Source of the DNA: Eledone cirrhosa | Taxonomy: Eukaryota | Assembly (NCBI GenBank): GCA_964016885.1 | Contig: OZ024743.1 | Span: 141,918,001 to 141,982,000 of the forward strand | Direction: 5' to 3' | DNA length: 64,000 bases | Part shown: piece by piece, positions 1 through 12,200 of the stretch | Numbering within the stretch: the first letter of the stretch is position 1 | Layout of the letters: each line of letters opens with the position of its first letter | Notes under the pieces: model-generated | Database searches by the model: none | What the model saw: the letters and a program-made list of their open reading frames with translations, nothing else | Told to the model about the DNA's origin: nothing | Position numbers and translations under genes: made by a program

Positions 1-2399
1 GTGCTTCGTGTTTGATGTTTGGTCCTTGGTGCTTGGTGTTTGGTGTTTGGTGCTTGGTGCTTGGTGTTTGGTGTTTGGTGCTTGCTGCTTGCTGCTTGGT
101 GTTTGGTGCTTGGTGATTGGTGCTTGGTGTTTTGTGCTTGGTGCTTGGTGTTTGGTGTTTGGTGCTAGGGGCTTGGTGCTTGGTGCTTGGTGTTTGGTGC
201 TTGGTGCTTGCTGTTTGGTGCTTGGTGCTTGGTGCTTGGTGTTTGATCTTGGGTCCTTGGTGCTTGGTGTTTGGTGTTTGGTGCTTGGTGCTTGGTGTTT
301 GGTGCTTGGTGCTTGGTGTTTGGTGTTTGGTGGTTGGTGCTTGGGGCTTGGTGTTTGGTGCTTGGTGCTTGGTGTTTGGTGCTTGGTGCTTGGGGCTTGG
401 TAGTTGGTGCTTGGTGCTTGGTGCCTGGTGTTTGGTGTTTGGTGTTTGGTGCTTGGTGTTTGGTGCTTGGTGCTTGGTGCTGGGTGGTTGGTGTTTGGTG
501 CTTGGTGCTTGGTGTTTGGTGCTTGGTGCTTGGTGCTTGTTGTTTGGTGCTTGGTGCCTGGTGTTTGGTGTTTGGTGTTTGGTGCATGGTGTTTGGTGTT
601 TGGCGTTTGGTGCTTGGTGCTTGGTGTTTGGTGCTTGGTGCTTGGTGCTTGGTGTTTGGTGCTTGGTTCTTGGTGATTAGTGTTTGTTGCTTGGTGCTTG
701 GGGTTTGGTGGTTGGTCCTTGGTGCTTGGTGTTTGGTGTTTGGTGTTTGGTGTTTGGTGTTTGCTGTTTGGTGTCTGCTTTTTGGTGTTTGGTGTTTGCT
801 GTATGGTGTTTGCTGTTTCGTATTTGGTTTTTGCTGTTTGGTGTTTGGTGTTTGCTGTTTTGTGTTTGGTGTTTGGTGCTTGGTGCTTGGTGCTTGGTGT
901 TTGGCGTTTGGTGCTTGGAGCTTGGTGTTTGGTGCTTGGTGATTGGTGTTTGGTGTTTGGTGCTTGGTGCCTGGTGCTTGTTGTATGGTGTTTGGTGCTT
1001 GGTGCTTGGTGTTTGGTGTTTGCTGCTTGGTGTCTGGTGTTTGGTGCTTGGTGTTTGGTGTTTGGTGCTTGGTGCTTGGTGCTTGGTGTTTGGTGTTTGG
1101 TGCTTGGTGTTTGGTGTTTGGTGCTGGGTGCATGGAGTTTGGTGCTTGGTGCTTAGTGCTTGGTGTTTGGTGTTTGGTGCTTGGTATTTGGTGTTTGGTG
1201 TTTGATGCTTGGTGTGTGGTGCTTGGTGCTTGGTGTTTTGTGTTTGGTGCTTGGTGCTTGGTGCCTGGTGCTTGGTGCTTGGTGCTTGTTGTTTGGTGCT
1301 TGGTGCTTGGTGATTAGTGTTTGGTGCTTGGTCCTTGGGGTTTGCTGTTTGGTGCGTGGTGCTTGGTATTTGGTGCTTGGTGCATGGTGTTTGGTGTTTG
1401 GTGCTTGGAGTTTGGTGTTTGGTGCTTGGTGCTTGGTGCTTGGTGTTTGGTGCTTGGTGCTTGGTGTTTGGTGCTTGGTGCTTTGTGTTTGGTGCTTGGT
1501 GTTTGGTGCTTGGTGCTTGGTGCTTGGTGCTTGGTGCTTGGTGTTAGGTGTTTGGTGCTTGGTGATTGGTGTTTGATGTTAGGTTCTTGGTGCTTGGTGT
1601 TTGGTGTTTGGTGCTTGGTGCTTGGTGTTTGGTGTTTGGTGCTTGGTGTTTTGTGTTTGGAGTTTGGTGCTTGGTGTTTGGTGCTTCGGTCTTGGTGTTT
1701 GGTGTTTGGTGCTTGGTGCTTGGTGTTTGGTGTTTGGTGCCTGGTGCTTGGTGTTTGGTGGTTGATGTTTGGTGTTTGGTGATTGGTGCTTGGTGTTTGG
1801 TGCTTGGTGCTTGGTGCTTGGTGCTTGGTGTTAGGCGTTTGGTGCTTGGTGCTTGGTGATTGATGTTTGGTCCTTGGTGCTTGGTGTTTGGTATTTGGTG
1901 CTTGGTGCTTGGTGCTTGGTGTTTGGTGTTTGGTGCTTGCTGCTGCTGCTTGGTGTTTGGAGCTAGGGGCTTGGTGCTTGGTGCTTGGTGTTTGGTGCTT
2001 GGTGCTTGGTGTTTGGTGTTTGGTGCTTGGTGCGTGGGACTTGGTGTTTGTTGCTTGGTGTTTGGTGTTTGGTGTTTGGTGCTTGGTGCCTGGTGCTTGG
2101 TGTTTGGTGTTTGGTGCTTGGTGTTTGGTGCTTGGGGTTTCGTGCTTGGTGTTCGGTGCTTGGTGCTTGGTGCTTGGTGCTTGGTGCTTGGTGTTTGGTG
2201 TTTGGTGCTTGGTGCTTGGTGTTTGATGTTTGGTCCTTGGTGCTTGGTGTTTGGTGTTGTGTGCTTGGTGCTTGGTGCTTGGTGTTTGGTGCTTGGCGCT
2301 TGGTGCTTGGTGTTTGGCGTTTGCTGTTTGCTGTTTGGTGTTTGCTGTTTGCTGTTTGGTGTTTGCTGTTTGGTGTTTGGTGTTTGGTGCTTGCTGTTT

Positions 2400-5300
2400 G
2401 GTGCTTGGTGCTTGGTGTTTGGTGTTTGGTGCTTGGTGTTTGGTGATTGGTGCTTGGTGCTGGGTGTTTGGTGCTTGGTGCTTGGTGTTTGGTGCTTGGT
2501 GCTTGGTGCTTGGTGTTTGGTCCTTGGTGCTTGGAGCTTGGTCTTTGGTGCTTGGGTTTTGGTGTTTGGTGCTTGGTGCTTGGTGTTTGGTGCTTGGTGC
2601 TTGGTGCTTGGTGCTTGGTGTTTGGTGCTTGCTGCTTGGTGCTTGGTGTTTGGTGCTTGGTGCTTGGTGATTAGTGTTTGGTGATTGGTGCTTGGGGTTT
2701 GGTTTTTGGGGCTTGGTGTTTGGTGCTTGGTGCTTGCTGTTTGGTGTTTGGTGTTTGGTTCTTGGTGCTTGGTGTTTGGTGTTTGGTGTTTGGTGCTTGG
2801 TGCTTGGTGCTTGGTGTTTGGTGCTTGGTGCTTGGTGCTTGGTGTTTGGTGCTGCGTGCTTGGTGTTTGGTGTTTGGTGCTTGGTGCCTGGTGCTTGTTG
2901 TTTGGTGTTTGGTGCTTAGTGCTTGGTGTTTGGTGTTTGGTCCTTGGTGCTTGGTGGCTGGTGTTTGGTGCTTGGTGTTTGGAGTTTGGTGCTTGGTGCT
3001 TGGTGCCTGGTGTTTCGTGCTTGGTGCTTGGTGCTTGGTGTTTGGTGTTTGGTGCTTGGTGTTTGGTGTTTGGTGCTTGGTACTTGGTGCTTGGTGCTTG
3101 GTGCTTGGTGTTTGGTGCTTGGTGTTTGATGCTGCGTGCTTGGTGTTTGGTGTTTGGTGCTTGGTGCTTGGTGTTTGGTGTTTGGAGCTTGGTGCCTGGT
3201 GCTTGTTGTTTGGTGTTTGGCGCTTGGTGCTTGGTGTTTGGTGTTTGGTGCTTGATGTTTGGTGTTTGGTGCTTGGTGCTTGGTGCTTGGTATCTGGTGT
3301 TTGGTGCTTGATGTTTGGTGTTTGGTGCTTGGTGTTTGGTGTTTGGTGCTTGGTGCTTGGTGTTTGGTGCTTGGTGTTTGGTGTTTGGTGTTTGATGCTT
3401 GGTGTTTGCTGCTTGGTGCTTGGTGCTTTGTGTTTTGTGTTTGGTGCTTGGTGCTTGGTGCCTGGTGCTTGGTGCTTGGTGCTTGTTGTCAGGTGCTTGG
3501 TGCTTGGTGATTAGTGTTTGGTGCTTGGTGCTTGCGGTATGGTGTTAGGTGCTTGGGGTTTGGTGTTTGGTGCTTGGTGCTTGGTGTTTGGTGCTTGGTG
3601 CTTGGTGCTTGGTGTTTGGTGCTTGGTGCTTGGTGTTTGGTGTTTGGTGCTTGGTGTTTGGTGTTTGGCGTTTGCTGTTTGCTGTTTGCTGTTTGGTGTT
3701 TGCTGATTGGTGTTTGCTGTTTGGTGTTTGCTGTTTGGTGCTTGCTGTTTGGTGCTTGGTGCTTGGTGTTTGGTGTTTGGTGCTTGGTGCTTGGTGCTGG
3801 GTGTTTGGTGCTTGGTGCTTGGTGTTTGGTGCTTGGTGCTTGGTGCTTGGTGTTTGGTCCTTGGTGCTTGGTGCTTGGTCTTTGGTGCTTGGGTTTTGGT
3901 GTTTGGTGCTTGGTGCTTGGTGTTTGGTGCTTGGTTCTTGGTGCTTGGTGCTTGGTGTTTGGTGATTGCTGCTTGGTGCTTGGTGTTTGGTGCTTGGTGC
4001 TTGGTGATTAGTGTTTGGTGATTGGTGCTTGGGGTTTGCTGTTTGGTGCTTGGTGTTTGGTGCTTGGTGCTTGCTGTTTGGTGTTTGGTGTTTGGTTCCT
4101 GGTGCTTGGTTTTTGGTGTTTGGTGTTTGGTGCTTGGTGCTTGGTGCTTGGTGTTTGGTGCTTGGTGCTTGGTGCTTGCTCTTTGGTGCTGCGTGCTTGG
4201 TGTTTGGTGTTTGGTGCTTGGTGCCTGGTGCTTGTTGTTTGGTGTTTGGTGCTTAGTGCTTGGTGTTTGGAGTTTGGTGCTGGGTGCTTGGTGCCTGGTG
4301 TTTCGTGCTTGGTGCTTGGTGCTTGGTGTTTGGTGTTTGGTGCTTGGTGTTTGGTGTTTGGTACTTGGTGCTTGGTGCTTGGTGCTTGGTGTTTGGTGCT
4401 TGGTGTTTGATGCTGCGTGCTTGGTGTTTGGTGTTTGGTGCTTGGTGCTTGGTGTTTGGTGTTTGGAGCTTGGTGCCTGCTGCTTGTTGTTTGGTGTTTG
4501 GTGCTTGCTGCTTGGTGTTTGGTGTTTGGTGCTTGGTGCTTGGTGCTTGGTATCTGGTGTTTGGTGCTTGATGTTTGGTGTTTGGTGCTTGGTGCTTGGT
4601 GTTTGGTGTTTGGTGCTTGGTGCTTGGTGTTTGGTGCTTGGTGTTTGGTGTTTGGTGTTTGATGCTTGGTGTTTGCTGCTTGGTGCTTGGTGCTTGGTGT
4701 TTTGTGTTTGGTGCTTGGTGCTTGGTGCCTGGTGCTTGGTGCTTGGTGCTTGATGTTTGGTGCTTGGTGCTTGGTGATTAGTGTTTGGTGCTTGGTGCTT
4801 GGTGTTTGGTGCTTGGTGCTTGGGGCTTGGTATTTGGTGCTTGGTGCTTGGTGCCTGGTGTTTGGTGTTTGGTGTTTGGTGCTTGGTCTTTGGTGCTTGG
4901 TGCTTGGTGCTGGGTGGTTGGTGTTTGGTGCTTGGTGCTTGGTGTTTGGTGTTTGGTGCTTGGTGCTTGTTGTTTGGTGCTTGGTGCTTGGTGCTTGGTA
5001 TTTGGTGCATGGTGTTTGGTGTTTGGTGCTTTGTGCTTGGTGCTTGGTGTTTGGTGCTTGGTGCTTGGTGCTTGGTGTTTGGTGCTTGGTGCTTGGTGAT
5101 TAGTGTTTGTTGCTTGGTGCTTGGGGTTTGGTGGTTGGTGCTTGGTGCTTGGTGTTTGGTGTTTTGTGTTTGGTGTTTGGTGTTTGCTGTTTGGTGTCTG
5201 CTTTTTGGTGTTTGGTGTTTGCTGTATGGTGTTTGCTGTTTCCTATTTGGTTTTTGCTGTTTGGTGTTTGGTGTTTGCTGTTTGGTGTTTGGTGTTTGGT

Positions 5301-6220
5301 GTTTGGTGCTTGGTGCTTGGTGCTTGGTGTTTGGTGCTTGGTGCTTGGTGTTTGGTGTTTGGTGCCTGGTGCTTGTTGTATGGTGTTTGGTGCTTGGTGC
5401 TTGGTGTTTGCTGTTTGCTGCTTGGTGTCTGGTGTTTGGTGCTTGGTGTTTGGTGTTTGGTGCTTGGTGATTAGTGTTTGGTGATTGGTGCTTGGGGTTT
5501 AGTGTTTGGGGCTTGGTGTTTGGTGCTTGGTGCTTGCTGTTTGGTGTTTGGTGTTTGGTGCTTGGTGTTTGGTGTTTGGTGTTTGGTGCTTGGTGCTTGG
5601 TGCTTGGTGTTTGGTGCTTGGTGCTTGGTGCTTGGTGTTTGGTGCTGCGTGCTTGGTGTTTCGTGTTTGGTGCTTGGTGCCTGGTGCTTGTTGTTTGGTG
5701 TTTGGTGCTTAGTGCTTGGTGTTTGGTGTTTGGTCCTTGGTGCTTGGTGGCTGGTGTTTGGTGCTTGGTGTTTGGAGTTTGGTGCTTGGTGCTTGGTGCC
5801 TGGTGTTTCGTGCTTGGTGCTTGGTGTTTGGTGTTTGGTGCTTGGTACTTGGTGCTTGGTGCTTGGTGCTTGGTGTTTGGTGCTTGGTGTTTGATGCTGC
5901 GTGCTTGGTGTTTGGTGTTTGGTGCTTGGTGCTTGGTGTTTGGTGTTTGGTGCTTGATGTTTGGTGTTTGGTGCTTGGTGCTTGGTGCTTGGTATCTGGT
6001 GTTTGGTGCTTGATGTTTGGTGTTTGGTGCTTGGTGTTTGGTGTTTGGTGCTTGGTGCTTGGTGTTTGGTGCTTGGTGTTTGGTGTTTGGTGTTTGATGC
6101 TTGGTGTTTGCTGCTTGGTGCTTGGTGCTTTGTGTTTTGTGTTTGGTGCTTGGTGCTTGGTGCCTGGTGCTTGGTGCTTGGTGCTTGTTGTTTGGTGTTT
6201 GGTGCTTGGTGATTAGTGTT
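2400..6220 (+). repeat. Three related units of about 1.3-1.5 kb in the left sub-domain
   Basis: The landmark GGTGATTAGTGTTTGGTGATTGG recurs near 2674, 4011 and 5474 (offsets 1337 = 191x7 and 1463 = 209x7). GGTATCTGG recurs near 3291, 4551 and 5991. An identical-length ORF pair sits at 3259/5961 (+2702). Confidence 0.78.
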
Positions 6221-9200
6221 TGGTGCTTGGTGATTGCGGTTTGGTGTTTGGTGCTTGGGGTTTGGTGTTTGGTGCTTGGTGCTTGGTGTTTGGTGCTTGG
6301 TGCTTGGTGCTTGGTGTTTGGTGCTTGGTGCTTGGTGTTTGGTGCTTGGTGCTTGGTGTTTGGTGTTTGGCGTTTGCTGTTTGCTGTTTGGTGTTTGGTG
6401 TTTGCTGTTTGGTGTTTGCTGTTTGGTGTTTGGTGTTTGGTGCTTGCTGTTTGGTGCTTGGTGCTTGGTGTTTGGTGTTTGCTGTTTGGTGTTTGGTGCT
6501 TGCTGTTTGGTGCTTGGTGTTTGGTGCTTGGTGCTTGGTGTTTGGTGTTTGGTGTTTGGTGCTTGGTGCTTGGGGCTTGATTTGGTGCTTGGTGCTTGGT
6601 GCTTGGTGTTTGGTGTTTGGTGCTTGGTGTTTGGTGCTTGGTGTTTGGTGCATGGTGCTTGGTGCTTGTTGTTTGTCGCTTGTTGCTTGGTGCTTGGTGT
6701 TTGGTGCTTGGTGCTTGGTGTTTGGTGTTTGGTGCTTGGTGCTTGGTGTTTGGTGTTTGGTGCTTGGTGTTTGGTGTTTGGTGCTTGGTGCTTGGTGTTT
6801 GCTGCTTGGTACTTGGTGCATGGTGTTTGGTGCTGGGTGCTTGGTGTTTGGTGCTTGGTGTTTGGTGCTTGGTGCTTGGTGTTTGGTGTTTGGTGTTTGA
6901 TGCTTGGTGTTTTATGCTTGGTGCTTGGTGTTTGGTGCTTGGTGTTTGTACTTGGTGCTTGGTGCTTGGTGTTTTGTGCTTGGTTCTTGGTGTTTGGTGT
7001 TTGGTGCTTGGTACTTGGTGCTTGGTGTTAGGTGTTTGGTGCTTGGTGCTTGGTGTTTGGTGTTTGGTCCTTGGTGCTTGGTGCTTGGTGTTTAGTGCTT
7101 GGTGCTTGGTGTTTGTTGTTTGGTGCTTTCTGCTTGCTGCTTGATGTTTGCTGCTTGGTGCTTGGTGCTTGGTGTTTGGTGTTTGGTGCTAGGTGCTTGG
7201 TGTTTGGTGTTTGGTGTTTGATGCTTGGTGTTTGGTGCTTGGTGTTTGGTGCTTGGTGCTTGGGGCTTGGTGTTTGGTGCTTGGTGCTTGGTGTTTGGTT
7301 TTTGGTGCTTGGTGCTTGGTGCTTGTTGCTTGGTCCTTGGTGTTTGGTGCTTGGTGCTTGGTGTTTGTACTTGGTGCTTGGTGCTTGGTGTTTGGTTCTT
7401 GGTTCTTGGTGTTTGGTAATTGGTGCTTGGTGCTTGGTGCTTGGTGTTTGTTGTTTGTTGCTTGGTGTTTGGTGCTTGGTGCTTGGTGCTTGGTGTTAGG
7501 TGTTTGGTGCTTGGTGCTTGGTGTTTGGTGCTTGGTGTTTGGTGTTTGCTGTTTGGTGTTTGGTGTTTGGTGTTTGGTGTTTGCTGTTTGGTGTCTGCTT
7601 TTTGGTGTTTGGTGTTTGCTGTATGGTGTTTGCTGTTTCGTGTTTGGTGTTTGCTGTTTGGTGTTTGGTGTTTGCTGTTTGGTGTTTGGTCTTTGGTGCT
7701 TGGTGTTTGGTGCTTGGTGCTTGGTGTTTGGTGTTTGGTGCTTGGTGCTTGGTGCTTCGTGTATGGTGTTTGGTGCTTGGTGTCTGGAGCTTGGTGTTTG
7801 GTGTTTGGTGCTTGGTGTTTGGTGTTTGGTGCTTGGTGCTTGGTGTTTGGTGCTTGGTGCTTGGTGTTTGTACTTGGTGCTTGGTGCTTGGTGTTTGGTG
7901 CTTGGTTCTTGGTGTTTGGTGCTTGGTGTTTGGTTTTTGGTGCTAGGTGCTTGGTGCTTGGTGTTTGGTGCTTGGTGTTTGGTGTTTGCTGCTTGGTGCT
8001 TGGGGCTTGCTGTTTGGTACTTGGTGCTTGGTGCTTGGTGTTTGGTGCTTGGTGCTTGGTGTATGGTGTTTGGTGTTTGGTGCTTGGTGTTTGGTGTTTG
8101 GTGCTTGGTGCTTGGTGTTTGTTGCTTGGTACTTGGTTCATGGTGTTTGGTGCTGGGTGCTTGGTGTTTGGTGCTTGGTGCTTGGTGTTTGGTGTTTGGT
8201 GCTTGGTGTTTGGTGTTTGGTGCTTGGTGCTTGGTGTTTGTTGCTTGGTACTTGGTGCATGGTGTTTGGTGCTGGGTGCTTGGTGTTTGGTGCTTGGTGT
8301 TTGGTGCTTGGTGCTTGGTGTTTGGTGTTTGGTGTTTGGTGTTTGGTGTTTGATGCTTGGTGCTTGGTGCTTGGTGTTTGGTGCTTGGTGTTTGTACTTG
8401 GTGCTTGGTGTTTTGTGCTTGGTCCTTTGTGTTTGGTGTTTGGTGCTTGGTGCTTGGTGCTTGGTGTTAGGTGTTTGGTGCTTGGTGCTTGGTGTTTGGT
8501 GTTTGGTCCTTGGTGCTTGGTGTTTAGTGCTTGGTGCTTGGTGTTTGTTGTTTGGTGCTTTCTGCTTGCTGCTTGGCGTTTGGTGCTTGGTGCTTGGTGC
8601 TTGGTGTTTGGTGTTTGGTGCTAGGTGCTTGGTGTTTGGTGTTTGGTGTTTGATGCTTGGTGTTTGGTGCTTGGTGTTTGGTGTTTTGTGCTTGGTGCTT
8701 GGGGCTTGGTGTTTAGTGCTTGGTGCTTGGTGCTTGGTGTTTGGTGCTTGGTGCTTGGTGTTTGGTGTTTGGTGTTTGGTGCTTGGTGCTTGGTGTTTGG
8801 TGCTTGGTGCTTGGTGCTGGGTGGTTGGTATTTGGTGCTTGGTGCTTGGTGTTTGGTGCTTGGTGCTTGGTGCTTGGTGTTTGGTGCTTGGTGCTTGGTG
8901 CTTGGTCTTTGGTGCTTGGTGTTTGGTGCTTGGTGCTTGGTGCTTGGTGTTTGGTGCTTGGTGATTAGTGTTTGGTGCTTGGTGCTTGGGGTTTGGTGTT
9001 TGGTGCTTGGTACTTGGTGTTTGGTGCTTGGTGTTTGGTGTTTGCTGTTTGGTGTTTGGTGTTTGGTGTTTGCTGTTTGCTGTTTGCTTTTTGGTGTTTG
9101 GTGTTTGCTGTATGGTGTTTGCTGTTTGGTGTTTGGTGTTTGCTGTTTGGTGTTTGGTGTTTGCTGTTTGGTCTTTGGTGCTTGGTGTTTGGTGCTTGGT

Positions 9201-12200
9201 GCTTGGTGTTTGGTGTTTGGTGCTTGGTGCTTGGTGTTTGGTGTTTGTTGCTTGGTGCTTGGTGCTTGGTGTTTGGTGTTTGGTGTTTGGTGCTTGGTGT
9301 CTGGTGCTTGGTGTTTGGTGTTTGGTGTTTGGTGCTTGGTGTTTGGTGTTTGCTGTTTGGTGCTTGGTGTTTGGTGTTTGGTGTTTGGTGTTTGGTGCTT
9401 GTTGCTTGGTGCTTGGTGCTTGGGGTTCGGTTCTTGGTTCTTGGTGTTTGGTACTTGGTGCTTCGTGTTTGGTCCTGGGTGCTTGGTGTTTGGTGCTTGG
9501 TGCTTGGTGCTTGCTGTTTGGTGTTTGGTGCTTGGTGCTTTGTGTTTGGTGGTTGGTGATTAGTGTTTGGTGCTTGGTGCTTGGGGTTTGGTGTTTGGTG
9601 CTTGGTACTTGGTGTTTGGTGCTTGGTGTTTGGTGTTTGCTGTTTGGTGTTTGGTGTTTGGTGTTTGCTGTATGGTGTTTGCTGTTTGGTGTTTGGTGTT
9701 TGCTGTTTGGTGTTTGGTGTTTGCTGTTTGGTGTTTGGTCTTTGGTGCTTGGTGTTTGGTGCTTGGTGCTTGGTGTTTGGTGTTTGGTGCTTGGTGTTTG
9801 GTGTTTGGTGCTTGGTGCTTGGTGCTTGGTGTTTGGTGTTTGGTGTTTGGTGCTTGGTGTCTGGTGCTTGGTGTTTGGTGTTTGGTGTTTGGTGCTTGGT
9901 GTTTGGTGTTTGGTGTTTGGTGTTTGGTGCTTGTTGCTTGGTACTTGGTGCTTGGTGTTTGGTGCTTGGTGCTTGGTGTTTGGTGCTGGGTGCTTGGTGT
10001 TTGGTGCTTGGTGCTTGGTGCTTGGTGTTTGGTGTTTGGTGCTTGGTGCTTGGTGCTTGGTGTTTGGTGTTTGGTGCTTGGTGTTTTATGCTTGGTGTTT
10101 GATGTTTGGTGCTTGGTGCTTGGTGTTTGGTGCTTGGTGCTTGGTGTTTGTACTTGGTGCTTGGTGCTTGGTTCTTGGTGTTTGGTGCTTGGTGCTTGGT
10201 GTTTGGTGTTTGGTGCTTGGTGTTTGGTGTTTGGTGCTTGGTGCTTGGTGTTTGGTGCTTGGTGTTTGGTGCTTGGTGCCTGGTGCTTGGTGCTTGGTGC
10301 TTGGTGTTTGGTGCTTGGTGTTTGGTGCTTGGTATTAGGTGTTTGGTGCTTGGTGCTTGGTGTTTGGTGTTTGGTGCTTGGTGTTTGGTGCTTGGTGCTT
10401 GGTGTTTGGTGTTTGGTGCTTGGTGTTTGGTGCTTGGTACTTGGTGCTTGGTGCTTGGTGTTAGGTGTTTGGTGCTTGGTGCTTGGTGTTTGGTTTTTGG
10501 TGCTTGGTGCTTGGTGTTTGGTGTTTGGTGCTTGCTGCTGGCTGCTTGCTGTTTGGTGCTTGGTGATTGGTGCTTGGTGTTTGGTGCTTGGTGTTTGGTG
10601 TTTGGTACTAGGTGCTTGGTGCTTGGTGTTTGGTGCTTGGTGCTTGGTGTTTGGTGTTTGGTGCTTGGTGCTTGGTGTTTGGTGCTTGGTGCTGGGAGCT
10701 GGGTCGTTGGTGTTTGGTGTTTGGTGTTTGGTGCTGGGTGCTTGGTGTTTGGTGCTTGGTGTTTGGTCTTTGGTGTTTGGTGTTTGGTGTTTGGTGCTTG
10801 GTGCTTGGTGCTTGGTGTTTGGTGCTTGGTGCTTGGTGTTTGGTGCTTGGTGCTTAGTGTTTGGTGCTAGGTGCTTGGGGTTTGGTGTTTGGTGCTTGGT
10901 GCTTGGTGCTTGGTGTTTGTTGTTTGGTGTTTGCTGTTTGGTGTTTGGTGTTTGGTGTTTGGTGTTTGCTGTTTGGTGTCTGCTTTTTGGTGTTTGGTGT
11001 TGGCTGTATGTTATTTGCTGTTTGGTGTTTGGTGTTTGGTGTTTGGTGCTTGGTGCTTGGTGTTTGGTGTTTGGTGCTTGGTGCTTGGAGTTTGGTGTTT
11101 GGTGCTTGGTGCTTGGTGTTTTGTGTTTGGTGTTTGGTTTTTGGTGCTTGGTGCTTGGTGCTTGTTGCTTGGTCCTTGGTGTTTGGTGCTTGGTGCTTGG
11201 TGTTTGTACTTGGTGCTTGGTGCTTGGTGTTTGGTTCTTGGTTCTTGGTGTTTGGTACTTGGTGCTTGGTGCTCGGTGCTTGGTGTTTGGTGTTTGGTGC
11301 TTGGTGTTTGGTGCTTGGTGCTTGGTGCTTGGTGTTAGGTGTTTGGTGCTTGGTGCATGGTGTTTGGTGCTTGGTGTTTGGTGTTTGCTGTTTGGTGTTT
11401 GGTGCTTGGTGTTTGGTGTTTGCTGTTTGGTGTCTGCTTTTTGGTGTTTGGTGTTTGCTGTATGGTGTTTGCTGTTTCGTGTTTGGTGTTTGCTGTTTGG
11501 TGTTTGGTGTTTGCTGTTTGGTGTTTGGTCTTTGGTGCTTGGTGTTTGGTGCTTGGTGCTTGGTGTTTGGTGTTTGGTGCTTGGTGCTTGGTGCTTCGTG
11601 TTTGGTGTTTGGTGCTTGGTGTCTGGAGCTTGGTGTTTGGTGTTTGGTGCTTGGTATTTGGTGTTTGGTGCTTGGTGCTTGGTGTTTGGTGCTTGGTGCA
11701 TGGTGTTTGTACTTGGTGCTTGGTGCTTGGTGTTTGGTGCTTGGTTCTTGGTGTTTGGTGCTTGGTGTTTGGTGCTTGGTGCTTGGTGTTTGGTGCTTGG
11801 TGCTTGGTGTTTGGTGTTTGGTGCTTGGTGCTTGGTGCTTGGTGTTTGGTGTTTGGTGCTTGGTGCTTGGTGTTTGGTGTTTGGTTCTTGGTGTTTGGTT
11901 TTTGGTGCTAGGTGCTTGGTGCTTGGTGTTTGGTGCTTGGTGTTTGGTGTTTGCTGCTTGGTGCTTGGGGCTTGGTGTTTGGTACTTGGTGCTTGGTGCT
12001 TGGTGTTTGGTGCTTGGTGCTTGGTGTATGGTGTTTGGTGTTTGGTGCTTGGTGTTTGGTGTTTGGTGCTTGGTGCTTGGTGTTTGTTGCTTGGTACTTG
12101 GTTCATGGTGTTTGGTGCTGGGTGCTTGGTGTTTGGTGCTTGGTGCTTGGTGTTTGGTGTTTGGTGTTTGGTGTTTGGTGTTTGGTGCTTGGTGCTTGGT

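Noticed and set aside
478-491. Chi-like motif in GCTGGGTGG
   Set aside because: It is not the E. coli Chi octamer GCTGGTGG (extra G) and is easily generated from the consensus by two substitutions.
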